DNA of 56,429 bases from a virus. Lineage: Duplodnaviria; Caudoviricetes. The notes under the pieces were generated by a model. That model was not told the DNA's origin, ran no database searches, and saw nothing but the letters and a program-made list of their open reading frames with translations. The first letter of the stretch is position 1; the number at the start of each line of letters is the position of its first letter. The position numbers and the translations under genes are program-made. Of the stretch, positions 17,242 through 26,253 are shown one piece after another. Where the stretch lies: IMG/VR virus record IMGVR_UViG_3300032288_000938, positions 1 to 56,429 of that record. One strand, given 5' to 3'.

Positions 17242-17955
17242 ATGACCGCATTTATCTTCACTAGAATTTCCCGCAATGCAAAGACCGGCCCTATCCCGGT
17301 CACAACTACCAGCAAAGATAGCTGCCCGAACGATTGCCCATTTCAAGGCTCGGGATGCTATGCAGAAGCAGGCCCGCTTGGGGCTATCTGGCGGGGCCTC
17401 ACTAAAGCCGGGCCGGATGCAGAATTTCCCAACGGGCGCAACAAAATGGCAAGCCTTGGGTTGGATGCTCTTTTGAAGCACATCCGCAAGCTCCCTGCCG
17501 GGCAATTGTGGAGACACAACCAAGCCGGGGATCTCGTACCCATGCCCGGCACTGGAACAATCGACCGCGACATTTTGAGCAAGCTTGTAGCCTCAAACAA
17601 AGGCAAGCGAGGTTTCACCTACACCCACCACAATGTGCTTCAAAACGAGCAGAACAGGCAGGCCGTGGCGGACGCTGTCAAGGAAGGTTTCGTTATAAAC
17701 CTTTCCGCCAATAACTTGCGCCATGCGGATGCTTTGGCCGATTTAGGAATTGCGCCGGTTTGCACGGTCCTACCCGCCAACGTGATGCAAAACACGACAA
17801 CACCCGCCGGGCGCAAGGTTGTAATCTGCCCGGCTGTTACACGTGATGATGTTTCATGTGAAACATGCGGGCTTTGCGCTAGGTTGCGGGAGGCCATTAT
17901 TGGTTTCCCGGCTCATGGTCCTTCTAAGGCTAGGGCTGGGGCTATTGCGGCATAA
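17242..17955 (+). CDS. Cys-rich putative metal/Fe-S phage protein
   Basis: NAKTG...SCP..CP...GCYA, WRHNQAGD, FTYTH, CPA...C..C.LC. Confidence 0.75.
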   Translation: MTAFIFTRISRNAKTGPIPVTTTSKDSCPNDCPFQGSGCYAEAGPLGAIWRGLTKAGPDAEFPNGRNKMASLGLDALLKHIRKLPAGQLWRHNQAGDLVPMPGTGTIDRDILSKLVASNKGKRGFTYTHHNVLQNEQNRQAVADAVKEGFVINLSANNLRHADALADLGIAPVCTVLPANVMQNTTTPAGRKVVICPAVTRDDVSCETCGLCARLREAIIGFPAHGPSKARAGAIAA

Positions 17956-18009
17956 ATCCCCTGCGGGGGCTGTCGGGGTTTTGACTTTGTCTTGCGTGTT
18001 CGCTAATAA
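17955..18009 (+). promoter_or_regulatory. Repeat-plus-promoter module, copy 2
   Basis: Identical 26-bp repeat then TTGACT-17-TAATAA; shares TTCGCTAATAA with copy 1. Confidence 0.75.
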
Positions 18010-18037
18010 TTCAACACCGATCAAATGGAGGTTTGAA

Positions 18038-18214
18038 ATGGACGTTGTTTCACAAATCATGGCTTACGAAGATGGCTCGCTCGATGAAGCTGGCTCGTTG
18101 GAGCTTTTCCAGCACCTAGTGGATACCGGGCTGGCTTGGCAACTACAAGGACACTATGGACGCACGGCACAACATCTAATTGATGCCGGTATCATCAACG
18201 CGAAGGAGGACTAA
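18038..18214 (+). CDS. Conserved small phage protein
   Basis: FQHLVDTGLAWQLQG.YGRTA; GGAGG RBS. Confidence 0.75.
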   Translation: MDVVSQIMAYEDGSLDEAGSLELFQHLVDTGLAWQLQGHYGRTAQHLIDAGIINAKED

Positions 18215-18217
18215 ACC

Positions 18218-18622
18218 ATGGGACTTGATATGTATCTGTCGGGCCGGAAGGTTCCGCGCTTTGACTTCGAGAACAATGTGGCCACCCGCACCGAGGATGG
18301 CTTCGATCTGGGCCATGTGGAGCTGAAGCTGGCCTACTGGCGCAAGCACGCCGACCTTCACGGCTACATTGTGGAGACGTTCGCGGACGGGGTGGACGAG
18401 TGCCAAGAAATCAATCTTTCCGCCGCAGACTTGCGCCAGATGATTGAGGCTATCAAGGCCGGTAAGCTGCCCGAGACTGAGGGTTTCTTCTTCCGGTATG
18501 ATGGTTATTCCCCTGCTGAGTTTGCTGCCGAGGATGTTCAGAAGCTGGAGAAGGCCCTTGAATGGCTCAACACCAAGCTCGATAATGAGTGGCGGTGTCT
18601 GGTGTATCAGGCAAGCTGGTAA
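18218..18622 (+). CDS. Conserved phage protein (MGLDMY...YWRK...YQASW type)
   Basis: Family motifs, GFFF; AGGAGG RBS. Confidence 0.8.
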   Translation: MGLDMYLSGRKVPRFDFENNVATRTEDGFDLGHVELKLAYWRKHADLHGYIVETFADGVDECQEINLSAADLRQMIEAIKAGKLPETEGFFFRYDGYSPAEFAAEDVQKLEKALEWLNTKLDNEWRCLVYQASW

Positions 18623-18673
18623 CACGCTGCGCTGGCGTCGGGGTTTCAAAATCAATCAACAATGGAGGGTTGA

Positions 18674-18880
18674 ATGTTCTATGTTTACAACTGCACGGAC
18701 GGCAAGCTAGAAGCCGCATGGCGCACAGTCAACGAGGCCGTGGATAGCTGCCAATATCTGACAAAGACACACGCAAAGCAATATTGGGTTCTGGCACGTG
18801 TCTATGACAGCGAGACATACCACAATCAACGGCACGAGGCTCGGATGCAGGCCGAGTTTGACAAATACGGGACCGATTAA
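18674..18880 (+). CDS. Early hypothetical protein
   Basis: GGAGG RBS. Confidence 0.65.
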   Translation: MFYVYNCTDGKLEAAWRTVNEAVDSCQYLTKTHAKQYWVLARVYDSETYHNQRHEARMQAEFDKYGTD

Positions 18881-18890
18881 GGAGAGATCA

Positions 18891-19076
18891 ATGGCTTACC
18901 ATGTAGCAAGAACGAAAGCTAAACCCGGCGAGATCTGGGGCCACCGTTTCACCAATCTGCGCGATGCAATGGTGGCAGCGGAGGAACTCACCCACGACAG
19001 GGGAGAGGCTCACACCGTGTGGGAATTAAAGCAACTCTGGACAGCGGAGGCGGATCATGGAGAGGCGTTGGCTTAA
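18891..19076 (+). CDS. Early hypothetical protein
   Basis: AAGGAG RBS at MAYHV. Confidence 0.65.
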   Translation: MAYHVARTKAKPGEIWGHRFTNLRDAMVAAEELTHDRGEAHTVWELKQLWTAEADHGEALA

Positions 19077-19275
19077 TGAGATCGAGCGCGCCCTGAACCC
19101 TCACGGGATCAGGATTGTTAGTCACAAGGATGGCAAGAAACACGCAAAGATCATGGTGACGGATGGCAAATCAACTCGGTTTATTGTCGTTTCTGTATCA
19201 CCAAGCGACCACCGGGCGACCATGAACATTGTCCAGAACGCGAAAAGGATGCTAAACGCGAGCATCGCAAGATGA
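19057..19275 (+). CDS. Small HicA-like (dsRBD-type) protein
   Basis: GKKHAKI...SVSPSD.R...N pattern; GGAGG RBS. Confidence 0.5.
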   Translation: MERRWLNEIERALNPHGIRIVSHKDGKKHAKIMVTDGKSTRFIVVSVSPSDHRATMNIVQNAKRMLNASIAR

Positions 19276-19472
19276 CGACCTACACCAACAGCATCGCTGG
19301 GTACATCATGCAGGCGTATGATGAACTACCTCAAAGGCTGCGAGAACTGGTGCGGGAAAATGTGGAATTAAAACTGGACCCCGCCCTCTTTATTATTGCT
19401 TTAGAGGACGGGATGAGCGAAGATGAGATCATTAATCTGACAAAAAATGGGAGGGGATGGTGGATGACATGA
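19272..19472 (+). CDS. Hypothetical protein
   Basis: M.AYD.LP..LR motif; ATGA overlap. Confidence 0.6.
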   Translation: MTTYTNSIAGYIMQAYDELPQRLRELVRENVELKLDPALFIIALEDGMSEDEIINLTKNGRGWWMT

Positions 19473-19675
19473 TAGGTTTTGGCAGGCCCGTTCTTGTGCG
19501 GACAAGGCATGAGCTTTTCGGGGGCGTGATCGCCGGGGGTTGGCATGACAAGCACAGCGGTTTGGCTGGGCCGGTTGTGAGAACGCCAGACGGTGCTTTT
19601 GTAAACACCGACTGGAAGCGCATTGTGCGCTACACGGACACGGACGAAATCCCGTGGCAGATTTGGAGGAAATGA
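19469..19675 (+). CDS. Hypothetical protein
   Basis: ATGA overlaps at both ends. Confidence 0.55.
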   Translation: MIGFGRPVLVRTRHELFGGVIAGGWHDKHSGLAGPVVRTPDGAFVNTDWKRIVRYTDTDEIPWQIWRK

Positions 19676-19746
19676 TGCTTGGAATTGTCTTGGTAATGCT
19701 GTTTGGATTTCTTGCCTTCATCAACTACATCTTCGAGGAGGAATAA
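19672..19746 (+). CDS. 24-aa transmembrane micropeptide
   Basis: MMLGIVLVMLFGFLAFINYIFEEE; GGAGG RBS; fills gap exactly. Confidence 0.6.
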   Translation: MMLGIVLVMLFGFLAFINYIFEEE

Positions 19747-19983
19747 ATGGACGATGATGGCTTGTTGGAACGTATCTATATTCTTGGCGAACAACTCACC
19801 GCCGAGATAATCGACCGCACGAACGGCAAAGGTCATTTGATTCTCGGAAGTCTTGCGGTGATCCTTGCCAACCTCGAGGCTCAGCATGAGGGGACAATCA
19901 AAGATGTCCTTGAAGGAACAAAGCTCATTCTGGCTATAAGTAGGGCAGAGGGCGCGGTTCCGGGTAATGATACCATGAACTAA
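19747..19983 (+). CDS. Hypothetical protein
   Basis: GAGGAGG RBS. Confidence 0.6.
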   Translation: MDDDGLLERIYILGEQLTAEIIDRTNGKGHLILGSLAVILANLEAQHEGTIKDVLEGTKLILAISRAEGAVPGNDTMN

Positions 19984-19985
19984 AG

Positions 19986-20015
19986 AAAAAGGGCGGGGAA
20001 ATCCCCGCCCTTTTT
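19986..20015. terminator. Bidirectional intrinsic terminator
   Basis: AAAAAGGGCGGGG-AAAT-CCCCGCCCTTTTT between convergent operons. Confidence 0.9.
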
Positions 20016-20310
20016 ACGCCTTGAGCCTTGTTACGTTGTCCTGCTCTGGTTCCGTGGCAATCTCTCCAGCCAGAGCTATATAAGCTGCCGCATCCACATA
20101 ACTATCAATATGCGTATCTGTCTTTGACAGGCGGCTAATCTTGAGCCACGCCATTGCGCGGGCAACCTGATGGGCGTTGACCGGAACCCCAAAAATCACA
20201 GACCACCCAACGGCAATGTCCTCATGGTTTTTCTTCGCTGGGCCGTAGTCCTTCGCCCGGTCCCCGTTTATCAATTCGCTTGCCGTCTTTAAGATTTCGT
20301 CCCGCGTCAT
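20014..20310 (-). CDS. DUF6378-like phage protein
   Basis: IL..A..LI.GDR..DYG, W, LKISR, DSYVD...Y.AL. Confidence 0.8.
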   Translation of the reverse strand: MTRDEILKTASELINGDRAKDYGPAKKNHEDIAVGWSVIFGVPVNAHQVARAMAWLKISRLSKTDTHIDSYVDAAAYIALAGEIATEPEQDNVTRLKA

Positions 20311-20623
20311 TCTTTTTCTCCAACTCTGTCATTTCAACAATCATCCCCTTCGGGATTGCGATTCTGCCACCAGTAACGGAATCGCCTTCATCTTGGTAAA
20401 GATCCCGGATCACTAAGATGTGATCCTTTTTCTTCGCATACAAGATTCCAACGGTCATAACCTGAACGGGTTCAATTGTGGGATCCCCATGCTTCCATTC
20501 ATTAGTATCCTCAAGAACATCCTTCCAGATGACGAGAACCCAAGGCTTAGAAACCGAAGTCTTTGCTTTCTTTTTGCGGGGCTTGGTCCCCGAAGTCGTT
20601 GTATCGCGTTGTTCCGACATCAT
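20222..20623 (-). CDS. Conserved phage protein
   Basis: VIWKD...W...TVG...IPKGMI. Confidence 0.6.
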   Translation of the reverse strand: MMSEQRDTTTSGTKPRKKKAKTSVSKPWVLVIWKDVLEDTNEWKHGDPTIEPVQVMTVGILYAKKKDHILVIRDLYQDEGDSVTGGRIAIPKGMIVEMTELEKKNDAGRNLKDGKRIDKRGPGEGLRPSEEKP

Positions 20624-22319
20624 AGTAAAGCCTCGTTTCGCCTTGCTTCCCAACCCATGAGAACCTCACCTTCCAAATGTGGATTTGGGCTTCCAGAGGG
20701 TTTTCGTCTGGGATGCGGTGGACAGTCATGCCGCAGTCAGCCTTGGCAAACCAAGCAGCAGAACCACTAATATCATAACCCTTTGGCACAGGCAACTTGC
20801 CATCTGCCCCGCGCTGGAGCTTGGTGGGATGCGCCACAAACCAGATATGGATGCCGTGAGCCATGCAGAATGACTTGATCCGGGTGAGCATCGTGCTGAT
20901 CCACTCGGTCTCAGACACATCACGGGGCCGTTCAATGAAATTGTAGGGGTCAATAACTGCCCCGCGAATACCCATCCGCAGCACTGCCGCCCGGAGCCGT
21001 TCGAGGATGCTGTCCAGATCAGACAATCCACCATCTTCTTGATGAAGAAAAACAAAACGGTCATTCACCCAATCAAACGCTGCTTGGAGTTCATGATCTG
21101 CCATGCGCTTCGTTGGGCCATCAAAGAATGGCTTGCGGACCCTCTTTGAGAGGAGCTTGGCAATATGCAGGCGGGGTTCATTCTCAAATGAGCAGATCGC
21201 AAAGGACCACTTCTCGCTCTCAGCGAGATTAACCATGATCTGATCTACAAACTCAGATTTGCCGGAAGATGGGATGCCGGTCACAACGGTCATCTGCCCC
21301 GGTACAATCGTGTAGAGTTCATCTACGTTATCATATCCGGTTGATGAACCCCGACCGATACCCTTCTCATAAAGTTCACGGATTTGGGCTTCAAACTTGC
21401 CAGCCTCATACAGACCATTGATCGGCCACGGGCTTGGCTTGCTTACAAAGTCTGCAAGGGCTTCCTTGCCATGCGACCTGAGATAATCATTCGCATCCTT
21501 GATGCCTTCCGGCCATTCAATACGCCAACAGCGGTCACGACCAACACGGCGCGCAATCTCTTCGGCAAGGGCCTCACCCTGACTGTCCTTATCAACGGCA
21601 ATCACAATGCGCTTGGCCTTGTCAATAAATGACTTTGCTGCCCACAAGAACCGGAACTTGCTGTCCTCTTCCGGGGTGATCTTGCCATCCACGACCTTCA
21701 TGGGCGCACCATTCGGGACGCTAACGGCAGTAACCCCGGCCTCCATCATGGCTGCCGCGTCAAGCTCGCCTTCAACAATGAAAAAATCCTCACCTTCCAC
21801 GGCATTGCCGATGTTGAAGAATGAGGGAGGCGATTGCCAGCATGTGAACGCCTTGCTTTCAATTGAACGGATTTTTGCACTAACAACCATGCCGTCCTTG
21901 TCAAAGTACGGGAACCCGATGGCGTCTTGCTCTTGACCTACTGCCGGGAAGAACTTGCGGGATTTGAATAAACGAAGCTTATCAGCCGTTTCTTTGGAGA
22001 TGCCCCGCTCTTTGAGCAACCAATCATAATGCTTCTGTTCAAGGGCAGGACATTCTGCGGGGTCCGTCTTTGCGACTGGTTTCTTTTCCATAGGCACGAC
22101 GTTATTCACCCAGCGATCCTCCTTGATTGATCCAGAAACTCCGCAGTGCTTGCAGTCGTAAACAATTCCCATCTCATCTCTCTTTACAGAGAGGCAACGA
22201 TCCTTGCGATTGTACTTGCGTTGATGAGAACAAAATGGACAAGTGGTTCTGGTCTGTCCATAGTTAAGAGCCATCATCTTGATGGCTTGTTCTTCATGCG
22301 AGATGTGCTTTGCGTACAT
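20547..22319 (-). CDS. Twinkle-like primase-helicase (Zn finger, TOPRIM, SF4 helicase)
   Basis: CPFC...CKHC; VEGELD, SVPNGA, D.D..G, KDAND; TGIPSSGKS, IDPYN, VAHP, YDISGSA. Confidence 0.95.
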   Translation of the reverse strand: MYAKHISHEEQAIKMMALNYGQTRTTCPFCSHQRKYNRKDRCLSVKRDEMGIVYDCKHCGVSGSIKEDRWVNNVVPMEKKPVAKTDPAECPALEQKHYDWLLKERGISKETADKLRLFKSRKFFPAVGQEQDAIGFPYFDKDGMVVSAKIRSIESKAFTCWQSPPSFFNIGNAVEGEDFFIVEGELDAAAMMEAGVTAVSVPNGAPMKVVDGKITPEEDSKFRFLWAAKSFIDKAKRIVIAVDKDSQGEALAEEIARRVGRDRCWRIEWPEGIKDANDYLRSHGKEALADFVSKPSPWPINGLYEAGKFEAQIRELYEKGIGRGSSTGYDNVDELYTIVPGQMTVVTGIPSSGKSEFVDQIMVNLAESEKWSFAICSFENEPRLHIAKLLSKRVRKPFFDGPTKRMADHELQAAFDWVNDRFVFLHQEDGGLSDLDSILERLRAAVLRMGIRGAVIDPYNFIERPRDVSETEWISTMLTRIKSFCMAHGIHIWFVAHPTKLQRGADGKLPVPKGYDISGSAAWFAKADCGMTVHRIPDENPLEAQIHIWKVRFSWVGKQGETRLYYDVGTTRYNDFGDQAPQKESKDFGF

Positions 22320-22338
22320 AACCCCCCCAGAGCCAAGC

Positions 22339-22367
22339 ACAATACACGACCAACATTCCCCAGTCAA
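22339..22367 (-). promoter_or_regulatory. Sigma70-type promoter of primase-helicase
   Basis: TTGACT-17-TATTGT. Confidence 0.55.
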
Positions 22368-22419
22368 TAAATATTTAGGTATTGCTCATGAGTTCAGACC
22401 GTTGAATGACAAGCTGATG

Positions 22420-22700
22420 ACGACATAGGAGAACAACCCCCTTGCATTTAAGCAAGAGGGTTGGTCCGCCATGTGCTTGGTCTTGCTCATCGAGACGAGC
22501 CGCCGAACGACAAGGGCGATCTGCTAAACACCGCGATCACCGCCGCATCATCTTATCGGGAGATGGTGTTCTCCCGCTGGCCCCCACAATGCGATTGCAG
22601 ACTCGGGTTGTCGCTTTGGCCAGTACCCACGGTAACGACATATCCCACCGACCCCGCCGTTTGTCCGACAGCCAGTGGGCAACATTCTTAAGGTAACACG
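22420..22700 (-). other. Structured non-coding region (ncRNA or origin-associated)
   Basis: Six or more hairpins and CTGGCC/GGCCAG pseudoknot; no credible ORF. Confidence 0.5.
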
Positions 22701-22707
22701 GCAGATG

Positions 22708-23073
22708 TCATTCCATCAAGATGTCAGAATCCGTGTTCTTTTCCTTATCTACATCTCCAAGGTTGTCATCTATATAAGAACGAATCAAGAACCTGAATGC
22801 CATCGCGCGCTTAAACGCAATTGCTTGTGTTTCTGCCGAGAGGATTGCATTCACGGTATGCCTGACCCGCGTCTGGGACATACCGGCCATGTCGCAAACG
22901 ATCCCAAAATCGTCGCTTCTCATCCATTCAATGACTTCTTTTTTGACTTTGGGGTTGGTTGACGCAGCGTCAATCGCACATTGCATGACTACCGAAATCC
23001 ACAACCTTTGCTCTGGGGTGAATACAGTGTCATCGCCCTTGGCAAGCGGCTCATAGATGCTGCCTTCCATCAC
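22708..23073 (-). CDS. Conserved phage protein
   Basis: PEQRLW..V...A..DA, W..S.DF..VC..AG. Confidence 0.7.
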   Translation of the reverse strand: MMEGSIYEPLAKGDDTVFTPEQRLWISVVMQCAIDAASTNPKVKKEVIEWMRSDDFGIVCDMAGMSQTRVRHTVNAILSAETQAIAFKRAMAFRFLIRSYIDDNLGDVDKEKNTDSDILME

Positions 23074-23423
23074 AGCACCTCTACCAGAATATCAGAGCGG
23101 GGGTTTTCTTTGTCCAAGTGCCAGTAAACGTGGCGTTCTTTGATTTGCCTGTCGTTTTTATAAATGCAATCCTGCATCAAATCCAAGATCAGTGACTCGT
23201 CCAGATCGGGGCGACGCGAGGCATACCAGATGTGGATGGTGACGCGCAAATCTCCCTCAAGGAGGGGGTCCAAGACAGGACATTGCGCCTTGAACATCTT
23301 CCCGTAGTTCAGGGCTTTTTCCGATTTTATGAAAAATTTACCAGTCCATCGCCGGGAATTTGCCTTTGAGGCCGGTTCACCTAAGATTGTGAACTGGATA
23401 ATGCTTGACTCATGGTTTTTCAT
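23070..23423 (-). CDS. rusA: RusA-like Holliday junction resolvase
   Basis: GEPASKAN, RRPDLD, LD.MQ..IY.NDRQI, D..NPR. Confidence 0.8.
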   Translation of the reverse strand: MKNHESSIIQFTILGEPASKANSRRWTGKFFIKSEKALNYGKMFKAQCPVLDPLLEGDLRVTIHIWYASRRPDLDESLILDLMQDCIYKNDRQIKERHVYWHLDKENPRSDILVEVL

Positions 23424-23441
23424 AGGGTATTTCAATGTTCC

Positions 23442-24374
23442 ATGCAAATCACCAATCGCTACAATCTTCCCGCTGCAATCGTTAACAACGTATTGAATGA
23501 CGAGTATTCTCGCGGCGATGCCGTGATTTCCGTCACTCAGTTGTTGAACTCGCCACGCATAGTATTACTACAGCGTGTAAACGAAAGCAAGATGGTGGTT
23601 GACGTTGTGGATCGGCTGCCGTCCATGATTGGCACCGCCATGCACAAGGTCTTGGAAAAAGGAGCAAATCCAGAGGACATTGTTGAGGAGCGGTTCTTTC
23701 TGGACATCCTTGGGTGGCGCGTTAGCGGGGCTGTGGATCTTCAAACCCCGAAACCAGACGGCACTTGGGAAATCAATGACTACAAGATGACCTCCGTCTA
23801 TTCGGTGATGGCCGAGAAGTGGGAATGGGAGGCACAACTTAACATGTATGCCTACCTTATGCGACAATCTAAGGGTAGGCGGGTGTCTTCCATGAAGATC
23901 GTGGCCATCCTTAAGGACTGGAACCGCAAGCAGGGGGCGTTTAAGACCGATTACCCAGAAGCCCCGATTGTTGTGGTGGACATCCCGGTTTGGGATGACG
24001 CCCGGCAGGAAGCCTATATTGAGAGCCGTGTTTTTGAACATCAGAAGAATGCGAACGCGCTTGACAGTGGCGAGCCAATAGACTACTGTACAGACCAAGA
24101 ACGATGGCTCAGGGGCGAGAAGTGGGCTGTCATGAAAAAGGGCCGCAAGTCTGCGGTAAAGCTTTTTGATTCGGAGGAAGAAGCGAATGGATGGATTGGC
24201 AGCCAAGAGGACAGCAACATCCTCTCCGCAGAACACCGCCCCGGAGAACCCATCCGTTGCTCTGGCAACTATTGCGGGGTCGCACAATGGTGCAAACAGT
24301 GGCTTGAGCAATCTGGTCAAGGCGCTGGTGAAGGCTCAGTCGGAATTGAAGAACGCGAGCCTGAACAAGACTAA
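23442..24374 (+). CDS. PD-(D/E)XK exonuclease with C-terminal Cys cluster
   Basis: IGTA.H, E.R, SG.VD, DYK, QLN.Y, RC..YC.V..WC. Confidence 0.85.
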   Translation: MQITNRYNLPAAIVNNVLNDEYSRGDAVISVTQLLNSPRIVLLQRVNESKMVVDVVDRLPSMIGTAMHKVLEKGANPEDIVEERFFLDILGWRVSGAVDLQTPKPDGTWEINDYKMTSVYSVMAEKWEWEAQLNMYAYLMRQSKGRRVSSMKIVAILKDWNRKQGAFKTDYPEAPIVVVDIPVWDDARQEAYIESRVFEHQKNANALDSGEPIDYCTDQERWLRGEKWAVMKKGRKSAVKLFDSEEEANGWIGSQEDSNILSAEHRPGEPIRCSGNYCGVAQWCKQWLEQSGQGAGEGSVGIEEREPEQD

Positions 24375-24756
24375 CCCGCATTTCAAATCCCGTTATGCGG
24401 ACCTTGCGGAAATCCGCGATACGGTTATGCCCGTGCTGTGTAAGCATGGGATTGCGCTTGTGCAGTACACACAGATCGGGGCTGGGGGGTTCTATCTGGT
24501 GACGCGCTTGCTACATGAGAGCGGCGAAATGATCGAGAGCCGTTTCCCTCTTCCTGAGAACACAGACAAGCCGCAGCAGATGGGTAGCGCGATTACCTAC
24601 GCCCGTCGCTATATGATGGCTTCGATTTGCGGGATCACTGCGGAGGAGGATGACGATGGCAATGCGGCGCAGGCTACCAATGAAAGGGGATCGTCCAAGT
24701 CAGGAGGATCCAAAGCCAAACCCGCCACCGCCGCAGCGGACGGAGTCGTATTCTGA
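24304..24756 (+). CDS. erf: ERF-family ssDNA annealing protein (start uncertain; frame open from 24166)
   Basis: AL.KAQ, NPHFKS.YADL, LHESGE, Q..GSAITYARRY, DDDGN. Confidence 0.9.
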   Translation: MSNLVKALVKAQSELKNASLNKTNPHFKSRYADLAEIRDTVMPVLCKHGIALVQYTQIGAGGFYLVTRLLHESGEMIESRFPLPENTDKPQQMGSAITYARRYMMASICGITAEEDDDGNAAQATNERGSSKSGGSKAKPATAAADGVVF

Positions 24757-24961
24757 GGAACCGGGGCAAGACTTCAACTGGGACCTTTACGAGAAAATGA
24801 TGGTAGCCTGTCTCGTAGTTCATAAAACAGTTGATGGCCTAGTCAATATGTGGAAGTCAAACGCCAACATGCTTGACTGGGCAAAGAAGAAGGCACCAAA
24901 CCACTGGCAGCGCATGAGGGATGCGTTCGCCGCCCGTAAATCGGCAATCTTAGGAGAATAA
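24650..24961 (+). CDS. Hypothetical protein (start probably later)
   Basis: L..MWK.N...F..RK pattern; fills operon gap. Confidence 0.45.
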   Translation: MTMAMRRRLPMKGDRPSQEDPKPNPPPPQRTESYSEEPGQDFNWDLYEKMMVACLVVHKTVDGLVNMWKSNANMLDWAKKKAPNHWQRMRDAFAARKSAILGE

Positions 24962-24962
24962 A

Positions 24963-25217
24963 ATGGCCGAGTATGACAACACTAATCGCGGCGTTCTTTT
25001 TAAGAATGATCGCAAAGAGAAGGATACCCACCCCGACTTCACCGGCAGCGGTAATGTTGAGGGCGTAGAGGTTTACATTAACGGGTGGAAGAAAGAGAAG
25101 AACGGCAAGAGCTTTATCTCTTTTAGCTTTAAGCCCAAGGAAGGTGCTGCCCGCCCTGTGGCGAAGCCTGCTCCGCGTCGCGTTGAGCCATCTTTGGATG
25201 ACGAAATCCCGTTCTAA
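24963..25217 (+). CDS. Putative small ssDNA-binding protein
   Basis: YDNTNRG.LFKN..K...HPD.TG; acidic DDEIPF tail. Confidence 0.75.
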   Translation: MAEYDNTNRGVLFKNDRKEKDTHPDFTGSGNVEGVEVYINGWKKEKNGKSFISFSFKPKEGAARPVAKPAPRRVEPSLDDEIPF

Positions 25218-25263
25218 TCGGGAAAGGTTAGGCTGTCGCCCGAATGTACTGATGGCGATAGAG

Positions 25264-25302
25264 CCAGTGGGGTTTTCCTCCTCCCGCGACTGGCACTTTT
25301 TT
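25264..25302 (+). terminator. Terminator-like hairpin after SSB gene
   Basis: GCCAGT...ACTGGC then T-run; preceded by CTGTCGCC/GGCGATAG hairpin. Confidence 0.45.
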
Positions 25303-25797
25303 ATGGAACCCCGCATGTTTACCGTAGAACTCACAGACGCAGAGGTTATGGTTGCCAAGATGCTTGGTGGCCTCCGTTCTATTGTGGGGCGTACTGCCGG
25401 GGTGACAGACAGAAAGGTTGCAAATCTGTCCGGCCTCGCGATTGATGAAGATGGGATGATCGCCGAGTATGCCTTCTGCAAGCACTTCAACATCTTCCCA
25501 GACATCGTGCCGGGGCCTCGTTCGGGGTCCTATGATTGCATCTACAACGGCAAACGCATTGATGTTAAATCAACCCGATACCATTCAGGTAGGCTGCTTG
25601 CCACACTAAAAGACAACCCGGATGTGGACATCTATGTCCTCGGGATCGTAGATGGCAACAAGGTTTACTTCCCCGGCTATGCCACCAAGGCAACCCTATG
25701 CGATGATGAAAATAAAGTTGACCTTGGCCGAGGCGTTGGATATGCCCTTGAGCAAGATAGACTGACCGCCTTTGCCCCCCCACCCAAAGCCGCCTAA
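25303..25797 (+). CDS. Putative restriction-like nuclease-fold protein
   Basis: G.IAEYAF...D...IDVKST. Confidence 0.6.
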   Translation: MEPRMFTVELTDAEVMVAKMLGGLRSIVGRTAGVTDRKVANLSGLAIDEDGMIAEYAFCKHFNIFPDIVPGPRSGSYDCIYNGKRIDVKSTRYHSGRLLATLKDNPDVDIYVLGIVDGNKVYFPGYATKATLCDDENKVDLGRGVGYALEQDRLTAFAPPPKAA

Positions 25798-26062
25798 GCG
25801 CAAGCGCAGCGAGAAGAGAATGCAAGCCGCCAGAGATGGCGGCTGTTCTATCTGTGGGAACCCCGCAGCGGACGCCCACCATCTTCGGATTGTCGGCCAT
25901 GGGCGGGGTCTTGGTGTTAAGAATGGCGACGACTACACGATCCCATTATGTCGGCAGCACCATAATGAGCTTCATTCCTTCGGTGACGAGAAATTATTTC
26001 TGGACATGCACGGACTTGATGTGTTAAGCATACTGGACAAGCTTAATGGAGGGGCTAAATGA
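25772..26062 (+). CDS. DUF968-like HNH/zinc-finger protein
   Basis: CSICG...AHH...G.G.K..D..TIPLC..HH.ELH. Confidence 0.8.
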   Translation: MPPHPKPPKRKRSEKRMQAARDGGCSICGNPAADAHHLRIVGHGRGLGVKNGDDYTIPLCRQHHNELHSFGDEKLFLDMHGLDVLSILDKLNGGAK

Positions 26063-26253
26063 AATCTATGGACATGGTAATGGTTCACGCCAATATCGAA
26101 AATCGCATCCTTTCTTTTGTGAAGGATGCCCCAGATAGCGAATACCAGTTGGGGTATCTCGCTGGCCTTGTGGATCTTTTGGTTGACCTTGGCGGTGTTA
26201 ACTATGAAGACTTCCTTCACATGTGCGTCCACAATTTGAAGAGCAAGGCATGA
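26059..26253 (+). CDS. Hypothetical protein
   Basis: PDS.YQ.GYLA.L; GGAGG RBS. Confidence 0.65.
   Translation: MKSMDMVMVHANIENRILSFVKDAPDSEYQLGYLAGLVDLLVDLGGVNYEDFLHMCVHNLKSKA

Noticed and set aside
17146-17980. CRISPR array from the 26-bp repeats
   Set aside because: Only two exact copies 809 bp apart; no spacer periodicity or cas genes
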